Source of the DNA: Camelus dromedarius
Taxonomy: Eukaryota
Direction: 5' to 3'
Length of the DNA: 64,000 nt
Assembly (NCBI RefSeq): GCF_036321535.1
Contig: NC_087447.1
Location: 38,876,001-38,940,000, forward strand
Every line of letters starts with the position of its first letter. The first letter of the stretch is position 1. This document shows, one piece after another, positions 1 to 12,410 of this stretch. The position numbers and the translations under genes are program-made. The notes beneath the pieces were generated by a model. That model was not told where the DNA came from. It ran no database searches and was given only the letters and a program-made list of their open reading frames with translations.

Positions 1-459
1 CAGGGCTCTGATTTCTGTCACTCCCTCTCTGCATCCCTGCTGAGACCCGCAGTGAAGTCCTTAAAACACAAAGGTGCAAGTGCCGGACTCTGAGAGCAGG
101 GAGGAAGGAGGGAATCGGATCCACTGCAGCCCTCTGTGCCAGAGACTGGGGAGACTGGGGAGAGAAGACCAGGGGAAGGGAGTGACTGAAGCTCCAGAGG
201 AGAGAAAAGCGGCCAAGTCGCCGAGGTTTTCTGCCAGGGAAAGAAAACGGAAAGAGTGGGGCGCTAGCCAGGCCTGAGCCAACCTGGGGCAGAGCAGCGG
301 AGAGGCCCAGCCTAGAGCTCCTGATCGCTCATCCCCTCTAATCAAGGAGGGGAGGCCACGGAGGGCCAAAGAGGCCAGGATTCCAATCTCTGCCGCTGTT
401 GGCTACGTAAACATGGGCCAGGGTCTTCATCACCAAGTGCCTCTGTAAAACAGGCACGA

Positions 460-671
460 TACTAACTACTATGCATAAAATAGATAAACAGCAAAGTCCT
501 ATCGTACAGCACAGGGAACTATATTCAATACCTTGTAATAGCCTATAATGAAAAAAAAATAGAAAAAGGAATATATATATATATTTATATATATGTAAAA
601 CTGAATCACTGTGCTGTACACCAGAAATTAACATAACATTGTAAACCAACTATACTTCAATTAAAAAAAAA
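460..671 (+). mobile_element. Artiodactyl/camelid-type L1 3' end
   Basis: Contains atagataaacagcaaagtcctatcgtacagcacagggaactatattcaata...aactatacttcaatt followed by an A-tail. Confidence 0.85.
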
Positions 672-1300
672 GAATTGACAAGACAGAGGGGTTTGGGCTT
701 GGGTGGTCCAACTAGGGCTAGGTAGTCCTTATAATAAAAGGCACAATAATAATTTTAGACTCTTAAGGTTATGGTGATTCTTTTTCTCTACTTCTTCCTT
801 GACAGTGAAGTTTCTCAGAAATGTTTACTTCTCAAAACACATCTGGGAAAAAAAACAAAAAACACTTGAGCCCCTAGATATGGAGAGTCAGCTTGGTCCT
901 ATCTCTTCTCTGAACAGTCTATTCCAAGGGAAACAGTGACGCCCTGTCCAGCTCGGACCCCTGATAGGGAGGGTCCTCTGGGGCTTATAGTTCATGCTGT
1001 TAATTTTCAAGTTAACCCCTTAAGGACAGCCAACTGTGTCATCCCATTTGTCTTTAGACTGGATATGGTGGCATCTGGATTCTGAAGTTGCAATGTGTTC
1101 CCAGACAAGCCCCCATCTGCCTTAAGACGGGCTGTTTTAGATGGTGATAATGAAAGAAGGCAGCTCCGAGGCAGAGGGTGACTCCTAGGAAGAGCTGTCA
1201 GTGCCCTGGAAAAGTGTGCAGATCTGGCAGGATGGGAAAACAAGCCGCTGTGCACACAAAGCAGAAACTTTGAGCTGCATTGGCCAGGCAGGGGGTCAGA

Positions 1301-1309
1301 GTGTGTGTG

Positions 1310-1343
<34 letters not shown>
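1301..1343. repeat. (TG)n microsatellite
   Basis: About 21 GT units with one CG interruption. Confidence 0.95.
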
Positions 1344-2496
1344 AGCATGCCCGTGCATGAGATGGAAGGTAGGCATGGGTGGATGCTGACCATTTCTCTC
1401 CAACACGCTGGCTTAGTTCAGATCTCCAGCTCTACTTGCACTTTAGCAACAGTCTCCTGTAAAGAAATGAAAGTAAAACACAGAACTTCCCATTTGAGAG
1501 GATAAAGAGGAGACTTGGCAAAAAAAGTATCTGGCCAAAGAGCCCATACCAAAGTCTCTCATCTCCCACTTGAAAGTGCTCCCCCCGCTTTTCCTACCAC
1601 TGCCACCATTCAGACCCCGAAAATCAGGTGGAGGGAGGAAGTACAGTTTTGTGGTTCTGGCCCAAGTATGGGCTTAAATCTTTACCCACAGCTTCATTTA
1701 GCACAGCTGAGAAAGATGGAAATTTCAAGGAAACTTCACTAAATCCAGAGACAGAACAGTAAAGAAGTAATTCCCCAAATGCGAACTGCATAGGAATAGC
1801 ATGATTTCCAGAGTTTTCTGAGGCTGCAGAAATGAGCTGCTAGTCCCATAGGAATAGACATAGCCAGATTTCCAGAGTCCACATTTCCATAAAGGCAGCA
1901 GGAAATTCCTGGCCCCAGAGAGCTGGCAGGCCCTACCAGCCATGGCCACATCACTTCCCGCCCAACTCCCAGCCTGGCTCCTTCAACAAGCACCATTCTG
2001 TTGTCTCGCATATAAATTTGGTTCCTAGTATATCCTACATTCTCTCCAGTTTCCTCTCCAGGTGGGACCAAAAGAAGCCAATGTTCATTATTCTCCCTGA
2101 GTCCACAGGAACCTTTCTCTCAGCCCTGCTTTCCTGTCAGGAAACCTCTTCTCCAGGTTACTGACAAGTTTGATATTGACTGAGATATGCCACAAGGGGA
2201 AAAAAAAAAAAGAAATGCCAGGAACCTGGAGAGAAAAATTGTGGGTCAAGCTAATTAAAAGAAAGGCCTAGGATGGACAATTGACTCCTTACTACATTTC
2301 AAATAGCTATCCTCCAAGTCTTATCTTTATGCCAGATTCAAAACACTCAATTCTCTGGGCAACAGAGTGGGGAGTGTTAAGAGTTGGTGGGGATGCGAAG
2401 TCCTTATTCATAGAGGCCAGAAGAATAAGTGAGTTTATGTTTGGGCAGTTTTTCCTTTGCCAATTCAATCACTTCTTTACAATGCTTTCCCTGACC

Positions 2497-3008
2497 TGTC
2501 CTCCTTGGTAATTTCCAAAGATGGCTTCTGTAAATGCCTTTCCTCCGTGTATACGCATAGCACTTCACTCATCAAGAAATGAAATCTACATCTCCTCCCC
2601 TTGAATCTGGTCTGGAATTCTGACCTGTTTCGACAGTAAAATTTAGTGAAAGTGACATTCTAAAACTTTCAAACCCAAGCCTCAGGAGAACTAGCAGCTT
2701 CTGTGTCCTCCCTCTTAGAAGCTATCTGCAGAAAGAAGGCTGACCACCCTGAGACAGCCATGCTGTGAGGAGGTCCAAGCAAGCCAGACAGAGATGCCAC
2801 ATGAAGCAAGCACCCAGTCATCTCAGATGAATAAATAGACATGCAAGTGAAAAAGCCATGGATTTTCTGTCCCATAAGACAATACATAAAGCAGGACAGT
2901 TTCCCAGCTAAGCCAAGCTCAGATAATAGAATCATGAGAAATAATAAATTATAGTTGTTTTAAGCCACTAAATTTTGGAGAAGCTTGTAGCAATAGAAAA
3001 CTGAAACA
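2497..3008 (+). mobile_element. MaLR solo LTR (MLT1 family)
   Basis: Contains ccatgctgtgaggagg and ends gttgttttaagccactaaattttgg...gcaatagaaaactgaaaca, the MLT1 3' terminus. Confidence 0.8.
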
Positions 3009-3184
3009 CTATCCTATACCACAGTAAGTCATTCTTGCCTCTGTGCTATCTACGTATTTTTGTATACACTTTTATAATTGTTGGTTTGCTAATCATTTAG
3101 TCTTCTTTTTAAGTTCTCAATGACAAGATCAGTGTCTTAAGCATCTGATTCCCCAAAATAACAGGTGCTTAATAATTAGTTTTA

Positions 3185-3289
3185 AGGGAAGGGTATAGCT
3201 TAGTGGTAGGGTGTGTGCCTAGCATGCACAAGGTCCTGGGTTCAATCACCAGCATCTCCACTAAGAAAAAAAAATCCCCCCCAAAAAAA
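3185..3289 (+). mobile_element. Camelid tRNA-Ala-derived SINE (vic-1 type)
   Basis: gggtatagcttagtggtagggtgtgtgcctagcatgcacaaggtcctgggttcaatc with an A-rich tail. TSD aattagtttta at 3174-3184 and 3290-3300. Confidence 0.88.
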
Positions 3290-4422
3290 AATTAGTTTTA
3301 GCCATTAGAAGGGCTAGAAGGATGGGTGTGTGAGAAGTGATGACTATAGAAACCCTTTTCCCCAAAGGAGCCAAAAGGAATGGTTTACCTTGAGAGAAGA
3401 GTGCCTTCCCAGTACTACTTCCTGTGGCATTTGTAGGAAAATGAAAGAATTTAACACAGAGATACAGAGAATTTGGAACCTGAGGGTAAGTGAGGAAACT
3501 CCCTCGTATCAGTCAGCTTCCATCTCATCAATGATGAAGAATGTACAGTCATTTACTGAGGACAATGATGGGACAGCTTGACAACAGGCACTCAGAGAAA
3601 GGGCCTAAGATGGACATTGCAAGGAAGGTGTTAGAATGACTACAAAGGAGAAAATATTCCAGGAATATCAGTCTTAGGCAAAGGCGGTTGAAAGAAGCTT
3701 CTAAGAGGGAAAAAAATCACCTTCCTATCTAGGAAGAAATAAATAGATCCAAATAAATAAATGAAAGCCTTGCACTAGATAGAGATGGTTGAGATTCAGA
3801 TTTAAGAAAAATCAGTAGGTTGGCAAACAGGTTAAATTGCAATGCCCAAAAAAGTGAACTCATGATTAAATTTACAAAACAATTGCATAATATTTTTGAA
3901 GTAGTAAGACTCAAAGTACTTGGCAAATTTTGTAGATGAGGTGAAGCATGTACCATCTGTGTAACAAAAATTGTCACCAAATGCTTTCACACATCCCAGT
4001 GTTTAAATGTATCACGAGGTCAAATGGGAGAGATGGTTGGGGCTGGAGATTTTTAAAAATAAATCTTTGAAAATTACCTTGAAAATTAAAACCAAGAAAT
4101 GAATAGTAGTAACTGATTGTTAGGATTATCACATAGTCTTCCAAAAATAAAATTTATATGTAGCAGTTATTAATTTGTAATCAACATGTTCAGGTAAAGC
4201 ATCATATTATCTATTTCTTTAATGTTTTCTTAAAATTATATCAAATTTGACTCTACTTCCATTAGCTGGTCCCTGTCCCCTACTTTCTCTTAGGGTCTTA
4301 CATAGTCCAGAACACAGAGGAAGGAACTATACTAGCCACAGCTGATATACCACTTGTCTGCATCCACATGGTCTCTTGAAGGTGGGATGTTCCATAGATT
4401 GTGTCCCTGATTTAAAACATAG

Positions 4423-4939
4423 TGTATTAATAGAAAATTTGGGGCACAGTAAGGTCAAAAGACAATTGCCATTGAAAAGATAGTTTGTTACTCAGGGTTC
4501 CCAAGAGAAGGGAACATGCCATGCTATGCGGGGGCCACAAAGAGAACACCAAATTTAGTCAGGAAGCAGAGGGAAGGCAGGGAACTGTGTGCAAGAGGCT
4601 TTATTATGGTTTCCTTATGAAGGAACAGGTGAGGCATGGTAAGAAGGTTTAGGATGGGCTAGTTTGAATAATTTCAGCAGGGTCTGGAGCATAGAAGCTC
4701 TCCCTAGTTGTCTGGGACCTGGCCCTAGAGTGGCCCTCCCTAGTGAACCCCATAAAGGAGGTGGTTGGTGTGTGGGCTCTGGATTGACTGGTTTGTATTT
4801 GAAAAGTGCTCTCATGGGTGAGTTGTTCACTATCTCTAGGAACTGGCTAACCCTGGGAGGGGCAGTCCCTGCAGAGTGAGTGGGGCCCCAGATGTTAAAG
4901 CATCAGATTACCCAGGAAATGAGAGACATGATTAGTGCA
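4423..4939 (-). mobile_element. ERVL solo LTR, MER54-like
   Basis: TG...CA ends. The reverse complement contains gatgctttaacatctggggccc, cctagagatagtgaacaac and gctgaaattattcaaactagcc, as in MER54. Confidence 0.75.
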
Positions 4940-5261
4940 GTCCCAGGGTTGGGCCATGGATCTTGTGGAGCTGGGAACCCCAGTGTAGATCCAGTCTCCC
5001 TGGGAGCTGCCAATTCCCCCTTTCTCCTTAATCTATCACCTCCCAAGAAACCATCCCCTCCCAGCTTTAGAAACTTTTATTCTCTCCTGAATCAGCTACT
5101 TCATCTTATACCCTTCTGCATCTATTAGATTGGAATGCTTTCAGCTACAAGTATTTTTTAAAAACTCAACTCAAATTGGCTTTAAAATTAAAGGAAAGTT
5201 ATTGGTTCACTTACCTGTAGGAAAGGCTTCAGGTGTGGTTATGTAAGAGCCCTAGGACCAT

Positions 5262-5785
5262 GTGTGACGGTTTTAAAATATGTCTACAAATTCTTTGATG
5301 TTTCTCTTTTCAAAAAATAAAACCTAATTCCTTTCCCACTGACTGTGGGCTGGACTCAGTGGCTTGCTTCTAATGAATGTGGCAAAAGTTATGGTGTGTG
5401 ACATTTGAGACTAGACCATGAAAGGCATTGAAATTTCCTTCTTATTCTCTTTTGGGTCACTTACTCTGGGAGAGGTCAGCTACCATGTGATGAGGACATT
5501 TAGGCAGCCCGTTGGAGAGTCCTACCCACAGCCATCACTATCCTGCCATCTATGTGAAAGGGCCATCTTAGAACAGCTCCTCCTGCCCCAGACAAGCCTT
5601 CAGATAAGTGCAGCCCCATCTGACATCTTGATTGCAGCCTCATGAAAGACTCTGAGAACCAGGACCACCCAACTAAGCCATTCCCAAATTCCTTATCCAA
5701 CAAGAGTGTATGAAATAATAACTTTGTTGTTTTAAACCATTTAGTTTTAGGAAAATTTGTTACACAGCAATAAACAATTAATATG
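5262..5785 (+). mobile_element. MLT1F/E-like LTR nested in an older opposite-strand MLT1 LTR (~5123-6030)
   Basis: Starts tgtgacggttttaaaatatgtctacaaattctttgat and ends ttgttacacagcaataaacaattaata. Both flanks resemble MLT1J/K-type sequence. Confidence 0.72.
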
Positions 5786-6334
5786 CCCCATTTCTGCTAT
5801 TTTAAAAAAGCATGCCCTTTTCCACATGGCATCTTAGTCCTTAAGCTTACTTCTCTCATGGGGTAAAATGGCTCTATCAGTTCCAGGTCCAAAAAATATG
5901 CACCACAGTATCCAAGAGGAGCATCTGTGTAGGTATCTTAGAATCCCCAGCAAATGTCTTTAAGCTTCTAGCAAATTGGGCTACCACTGAATTAATCGCT
6001 GAGGTTAGAAGAATGCCATATACTAAGGAAGCGTTGGGTTACCTGAGCTATGACAAGGAGGATGAACTTTACTCAAACCACCTGCCTGCTACACACGCCT
6101 CCCTGAGAGGCCCTTTTCCGAAACTCTAAGCTTTTGAAGATAAAAGCAAAGAAAGGGGGTTTTCTTCTTGCAGTGGATTTTTTCCATTGCCAAAAAACTC
6201 CCCGAGACAAAAGAAAACAAAAGCCTGGCTTCCTTTTTTTCATGGGAGCAGGGAGACAAAGGGAAAAATACAATGACCACAAAACACTAATTACTATCAA
6301 TATTGACTTGCTACATATTTTAGTGGGTTTCCAA

Positions 6335-7272
6335 TGACTCTCAAACTTATATCTCTTTTCCAGACTCCCGTCTCAAACTCCAGAGTCATACCCAACTGCC
6401 CCCTGACATTTCTGCTTTGATGTCTTATAGACATTTCCGATTAAACATATCCAAACTGAGATCCTGATTCTCCTCCAGAAACACACTCGTGTTCCCCATC
6501 CAATCCATCGGGAAAGCACACTCGCCCTGGCTGCAGAATTCATCTAGATGTCCAGCACTTGTCACCATTTCCTGTTATCCTGGGGTCACCGTCATCTCTC
6601 ACCCCTTTCACTGCCTCCAACCCAGTTTCCCTTGCTTCCTAAAAGCCTTACTTTCAACACAGTAGACAGGAAATCTCCCATGCTCAAAACTAGTATTCAG
6701 AATCCTGCAGTCGTTCCTCACTTTGCTCAGAGTAAAAGCCTGAGTCCTGACAACGTACACAGTCTTAACACAATATTCTGTTACCCCAGGCTCCCCACCC
6801 ACCAATTCCTTTTGTTTTTAAACTCTGTTTTAGATACATTGGCTTCCTTTACTCTCAGACATGCCAGGAAACATTCCACCTTGGGGCCTTTGTACTGGCT
6901 GCTCCTGCCTGAGAGGATTTTCTCCAAGCCATCCCCTTAGGTAATTCCCTTCTTCAAGTCTTGACTTAAATCTCATCCACAACAAAGTCTAGATGAAAGG
7001 GAACACTGGGAACTGCACAGACCCATCCTGCCCTCCCAAGTCCCTTTTGCCCAGTCGTATTTTCTTTTTTTTTTTCCTAGAACTTATCATCAACCATATA
7101 ATTTACTTATTAATTATGCTTAATGTTTACCATCGTCCCCTGCACTATATACATTCCACAATAGCAGGAATCTTCATACATCTTCTTCACTGATGTATCC
7201 CAAACACCTAGAAGAGTCCGGAGGATTTGGGACCTCAGAGCAGGGGCTCAGTAAATATCCGCTGAGTGAATT
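6335..7272 (+). mobile_element. L2 3' region
   Basis: Contains aactccagagtcatacccaactgcc...aaacatatccaaactgag and a terminal ttcactgatgtatcccaaacacctagaa...ctcagtaaatatccgctgagtgaa. Confidence 0.8.
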
Positions 7273-8649
7273 AAAGCCTGATGCTCACACCATAACATGG
7301 GGCATCTTTTCACCCCATTCATGGAGTGGAGCAGGAACTTGCTGGAGATCACAGACAGGGTGAGGAGCTGGGCTAAAAGCCTAGTCCACATTCTTCCTAT
7401 GAGAAATGTGTATAATTAGACCCCTCCTCTTCCCTCAGCCATAACTTAAGAGCATAATTATGGGGATCTTGTTTTTTAAATCAGGACTGATTTCATTAAG
7501 TTAAAGAAAATGTAAAAATTATAAAGATGGCCTGAAGCTAGGAATGCTATCAGTGAAATGAGGCTCTTAACTTATGTGATTTGACATCTGGGAAATATAT
7601 GTAGTAATCACTTTTGTCTTGAAATATGTAACAGTGTCCTAAGAAAAGGCCTTCTTCCCGATTGCTTCCATTTTCACCTAGGCTTATTGGATCTGTGCAC
7701 AAAAACAAAAAACAAACAAACAAACTGATGAATCCTTGTATATAGTTTTTGAAATATTTGTGCTTAATGTTTCTGACCTTGCTCCTTCATTGACTAATCA
7801 ATGGACAATAAGTAGTGTTCCTGTTTTATCAGCAGAAGCCCAGGAACTTATGTCACTCTGAGAAGTAACCATTCCCACTAAGGAAAGACCAGTGAGTCTG
7901 GAATTTGACAGCAGGGAAACATACCCACGGCCAAGGCCCAACTGCCTATCCCTGCACCCCCACCAGCCGCTGATCCCCTCCATGACTGCTCAACACTGGG
8001 TTTGCCCTACCCATATGCTCCAGAACTGGAGACAGTGTGCAAATGAATGAGTGATAAAAACACGGCATCTACCCAAATTTATTCAAGGTAAGTGGAGTTT
8101 ATATTCAGGTCTAGCAGGTACCTAAGAAAACCAGCAACTTAATTTCTGGTATTATACTTCAAGTGAGATTAGGTGGCCCAGCTGTAGACTCTAATGAACT
8201 CTAATAACTCCCATAACACAGCACTTAACTCACTTTGGAACTGCAGGCTGTCTCCCTCTGGCCAATAAAGTCCTAGAAAATGGGACCTTAACTGATTCAT
8301 TTACCAATGTGACTAAAACTCCTGTGCCCCGCACATAGTAGCCATCCTTTAATTTATGTAATGCTTGTTGGATATGAGAAAGAAAGAATGAATGAATAAT
8401 GTAACAGAAGAACATTTATAAATAATGCATATAGAAAAGGAAATTGATTAGTAAGACTGCACCAGGGTTGAATCAGCTGTTTCCACAAGGGAGACTTTGA
8501 ATTCTTGTCACCAGAGAGACATCCTATAGCTTGTAACTGGTAGCCACTGATCTTATTAAACAAATTACAAAATCTTGGCAGAAATGTTTCTTTAAAAGCT
8601 ACGGGGATTTTGGTTCAACGAGCCTGAACATTCTGTTCACTGAAAAGGA

Positions 8650-8780
8650 CCAAAAGGGAATGGGCTGCCTCTGGGGTGGTAAATGTTATGCCACTTTGAA
8701 GTAGGATGCCAGTTTCTGAAGGGCCTTTGCACCAGATAGGGGATTAGACTGAAAGTGCTATAAGTCCCTTTAATCTGTTA
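8650..8780 (+). mobile_element. CR1/L3-like 3' tail fragment
   Basis: ggaatgggctgcctctggggtggtaa...ggggattagactgaaagtgctataagtccctt resembles the CR1 3' end. Confidence 0.5.
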
Positions 8781-9804
8781 ATTGAGGAGGGTGGCCTTGA
8801 GGGGTCTATACTCTAACTAGGAAGCAAAATATGAATTCTTCCAGAAGCTGCTGCAGGGTTGTGTCCTGGAACAAGCACAGAATGGAAATCAGAGACACTC
8901 AGTGGCTCTCCCAGGACAGTCAGCCACGTGCCTGGGAGGTGCTCTCAGCTGCCGTTGGAAAGAGACATAAGCAATGCTGGGTGATCCCACATAGTGGCTA
9001 ATGAAGAAAACCAAAATAACGAATTTTCTTTGATTTTTAGCATTTAGGTGCCTATCCCCCAACTTTGCCTGGGGGTTGGTATGACTTAGAGGAAATATAT
9101 GTTATACTCAACCCCCTTCCCCAGTGCTGGCTCTCACATTAAATTGATGTTGAAAACTTAACACATCCTTTTTTCACTCTCACCACCACCAAAAAAATTT
9201 TCTTTATCTCCATCTTTCCTTCCTTTCCCTTTTCTATAATCGCTTGTCCTATGTCCTACACAGTCTGAGTTTTTAAATTATTAGACTCAGAAAACTGCAA
9301 TTTTAGTGTTGGTAATAATTTTCTTCATTCTGCAGCTGGAATTTGCTCTTAGAACAGACTCTCCTTTCTGTTTTTATTCTTTTAGTTGTGCGTTAGCTAC
9401 CCAAGAAGTCATTCTAATGCGGATGTTAGCTATTCATTCAGCAAACAGTTAAATGCCTGTGTATCAGGCTCATGTTAAAAGCTTGGGAGGACTTTTGAGG
9501 CAGCTAAGGCAGTCTTCACAGGGCTCTTGATGCTGACACTGGAAACCTTCACAACTGTAAGTCAACCCTCTTGCATTTTCCACACCTCAATCTTTGCGGT
9601 CAAAACAGAGCCCCACATGCTTAACGGACAAATAATCCTTTAATCTCTCACCTTATGAATGTGGCCTTCTACACCTCCAAGAGGAGTCCTGACGATGCAA
9701 CAGAGCTCACAATCTTCCTTGACCAGAGCCCTAACCTTCCTTCCCCATCAACACAAACAACTTCAACCCAACCATCTATCTGTATGTTCTTTGTCTCCAT
9801 TTTT

Positions 9805-9884
9805 TTTTTTTAATTGAAGTATAGTCAGTTACAATGTGTCAATTTCTGGTGTACAGCATAATGTCCCAGTCAGGCATATATATT
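9805..9884 (-). mobile_element. Very short 5'-truncated camelid L1 with TSD
   Basis: Poly-T then aattgaagtatagtcagttacaatgtgtcaatttctggtgtacagc. TSD tttgtctccattttt at 9790-9804 and 9885-9899. Confidence 0.85.
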
Positions 9885-10127
9885 TTTGTCTCCATTTTTA
9901 TTAGTCATTGCAAGAAGCCTAGGTCCCCAAGTTCATTCCTGTAGATCCCCAAGATCTAATCCCCAAAATGTTCTAAATGTTCTGACCCCATCTCATCACA
10001 CTCTCCAACTTCTAAAACCACTGACTGTCTGGAAATCATGGTCATAATCTGCAATGTCCCCCAAACCCTCAAGCCTTCTCTATAGGCTGCCTTCACCTTC
10101 TGGCTCTAACTGAAATATATGTACACA

Positions 10128-10272
10128 CAGTCTTGGGGGACTGAGCCTTCACCTGTGGGATCTGACACTGTCCAGGTAGATAGTGTCAGAATTGAGTTAA
10201 ATTTGTGGGACACCTGGTCAGTGTCCATGGAGAATTAAGTTAATTGCTTGGTGGTGTGGAGGAAAAAAAACA
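10128..10272 (+). mobile_element. MER21-like LTR fragment
   Basis: gggactgagccttcacctgtgggatctgacactgtccaggtagatagtgtcagaattgag. Confidence 0.75.
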
Positions 10273-10430
10273 TGGAATATGGACAGCATATCGTAACTCA
10301 CAGATTTATTTCTGCAACTTAAACTCCTCCCCTAACTCCAGATTCGAATATCTGTCTCACCATATCTGTCTCATCTTTATGGACGCCCAATTGTCTTCTC
10401 AATCTTAACATGTACAAATGGACCTGTTTG

Positions 10431-11710
10431 ATAAGAGTGAACCCAGATTTGGGGGACCTAAAGCCAAAAAACAAACAAACAGGAAATTATTTGGTTGGCT
10501 GCAGTGTAAAGCATAGTGGGCTATTTGTGACTGGTTGTTCTTACGTTTCAATTTTGTATCCTTGGGGCAAAGGCTTACACTTTGGTTTGCTACACAGGTC
10601 ACCACCTCATTAGAGCCACCTCAGCCTAATGACCTCCCTTGTTTAATTAATTTAGCAAGAATGAGAAAAAAAAATACAACTAGATCCAAATTTTAAAAAG
10701 GTAAGAAAACCTATAAACATCATAAAATCCAGAAACATAACATTTTGATGAATTAACTGCCTGGTACACCTTTATAATACTTTATCCTCCCATTTTGGGG
10801 TACATAATCTTTGATCAACTCTTCATTTCCTACAATTGGGTCTTTCCTCCAGCATGGTTTGTGGAAAGCAGAGTTTTAATATCGGTATTTTAGAAAAGTT
10901 CCTTCCAGTATCACAACTTATTAATGGTATTGTCATGTAAATTTTTAGGTTTGTTTTTAAATTTTGGAAAACCTCTATCAAGTTTATTTCACAAATGAGC
11001 TGTACAATTTCAGAACATTTCAAGCTTTTCTGTTTCTGATTGAACATAAATATTTTTGAATGGACAGTACTCTTTAGCCAGTTTTTATTGATATCTTAGT
11101 GTGTTGGCATATTTTGAGTTTTACATTCTCTTCATTAATTTCAAAGTTTTTTGCCAAATTAGCAGTGGATTTATTTAATCAATTCTCTTCATTAACTGGA
11201 TTATCAAATTTACTGGATTAAATTTATCTCTTTCTTAATGAATTTGGGCTTTAAGTATAATCTGAAAAATTTGTCACAATTCATTTCTCTGTATTAAAAT
11301 AATTTCTATTGATTTCATTATTCATCTTTATTGTTTTGCTTTATATGCCATTGATTTTTATTTAAATCTCTCAGTTCTTTTAAAAAATACAGTTAAAGAT
11401 GACAAATGATAGCCTTCAAAAACATTCAAAAGAGCAGTCTATAATTTCTCACTCATTTTATTTAAACATTCCAAAACATCTTTCCAAATGGCAGTTACAG
11501 TAGCATATTCATGCATTACCATATATATTTTTTCATCAAGAAAGAAGAAAATATCTATTGTGTAATTATAGTTGTACCTACTCTATCATCAAATATATTC
11601 CTGAAAGGAGAGAACTTCTATTTCTACTCTGCCTCTGTGAAAACTGAATCCTCTGTTTATGACTGTGTCTATCTGATGACTACAATTTCCCATAGGCTAG
11701 CTCTGGTTCC
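10431..11710 (-). mobile_element. hAT-Tip100 (Zaphod-like) DNA transposon with decayed transposase
   Basis: ORF 10823-11047 reads NLIEVFQNLKTNLKIYMTIPLISCDTGRNFSKIPILKLCFPQTMLEER, a degenerate hAT C-terminal dimerisation motif (FPNL..L.I..T.P.TS...ER.FS....K...R.TM..ER). Confidence 0.8.
10470..10657 (-). mobile_element. ERV1 LTR fragment (MER90/MER110-like) inside the hAT element
   Basis: cattagagccacctcagcctaatgacctcccttgtttaattaatttagca is the reverse complement of this LTR group's 5' start. Confidence 0.6.
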
Positions 11711-11719
11711 ATCTGTTTC

Positions 11720-11862
11720 TGCTTTTTATCCTTCTGTCTATTTCCAATAAAGCCATCAAAGTGATCCTGTTAAAAAGCAAGTCAGGTATGTTCATGTATG
11801 ACTGAGGCATTACGCTGTACACCAGTAATTGATGAAACATTGTAAACTGACTGTATTGCAAT

Positions 11863-11895
<33 letters not shown>

Positions 11896-12410
11896 CGCAC
11901 ACACGCGTGCGAGCGAGCAAGTCAAACGTCAATCCCTTGCTCAAAATCACCAAACAGATTTGTATCTCACAGTTAGTAAAAACCAATGGCCTATAATGTC
12001 CCACACAGCCTGGACCAGCTACCTCTCTGATCTCACCTCCTACTGCGCTCCCCTTTTCACTTTGCTCTCGCTACAATGTGCTCCTTGCTTTTCCTTGAGT
12101 TCTCCCAGGATTCTCTGCCTCAGGGCCATTGCACATGTTATTCTCCGTCTAAAAGGCTCTTCTGTTAGACCCATGGTGTACTCCTTCACCTCCAAACTCT
12201 TCTCACTTCATCCCTCACTCCCTCACTTCCTTCAGATCTTTACTCAGACATCACCTCAGTAAGACCTTCCTTGATCATTCTATTTAAAATTGTCCCCCAA
12301 TACTTCCTACCACTTTTCTTTATTTTCTTCTAGTTTTCATCATTGAAAGTACTATATGTCCCTAAGGTCTACATAGGTTTTCAATGAAAATTAGTTGATG
12401 GAATGAATGA
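11720..12410 (+). mobile_element. L2 3' region (continuation of L2 at ~10290-10425)
   Basis: ctacctctctgatctcacctcctac...ctcagggccattgcacatg...ttcagatctttactcagacatcacctcagtaagaccttcc...gaatgaatgaa. Confidence 0.78.
11785..11915 (+). mobile_element. Short L1 3' end with a microsatellite in place of the tail
   Basis: tgtatgactgaggcattacgctgtacaccagtaattgatgaaacattgtaaactgactgta. TSD agcaagtca at 11776-11784 and 11916-11924, at a TT/AAAAA site. Confidence 0.8.

Noticed and set aside
3437..3485. Possible 49-nt plus-strand exon (tttgtag...GG/gtaagt) within unexplained purine-rich DNA at 3310-4250
   Set aside because: Splice-like signals alone are common, no partner exons were found, and translations matched no gene or pseudogene I recognise.
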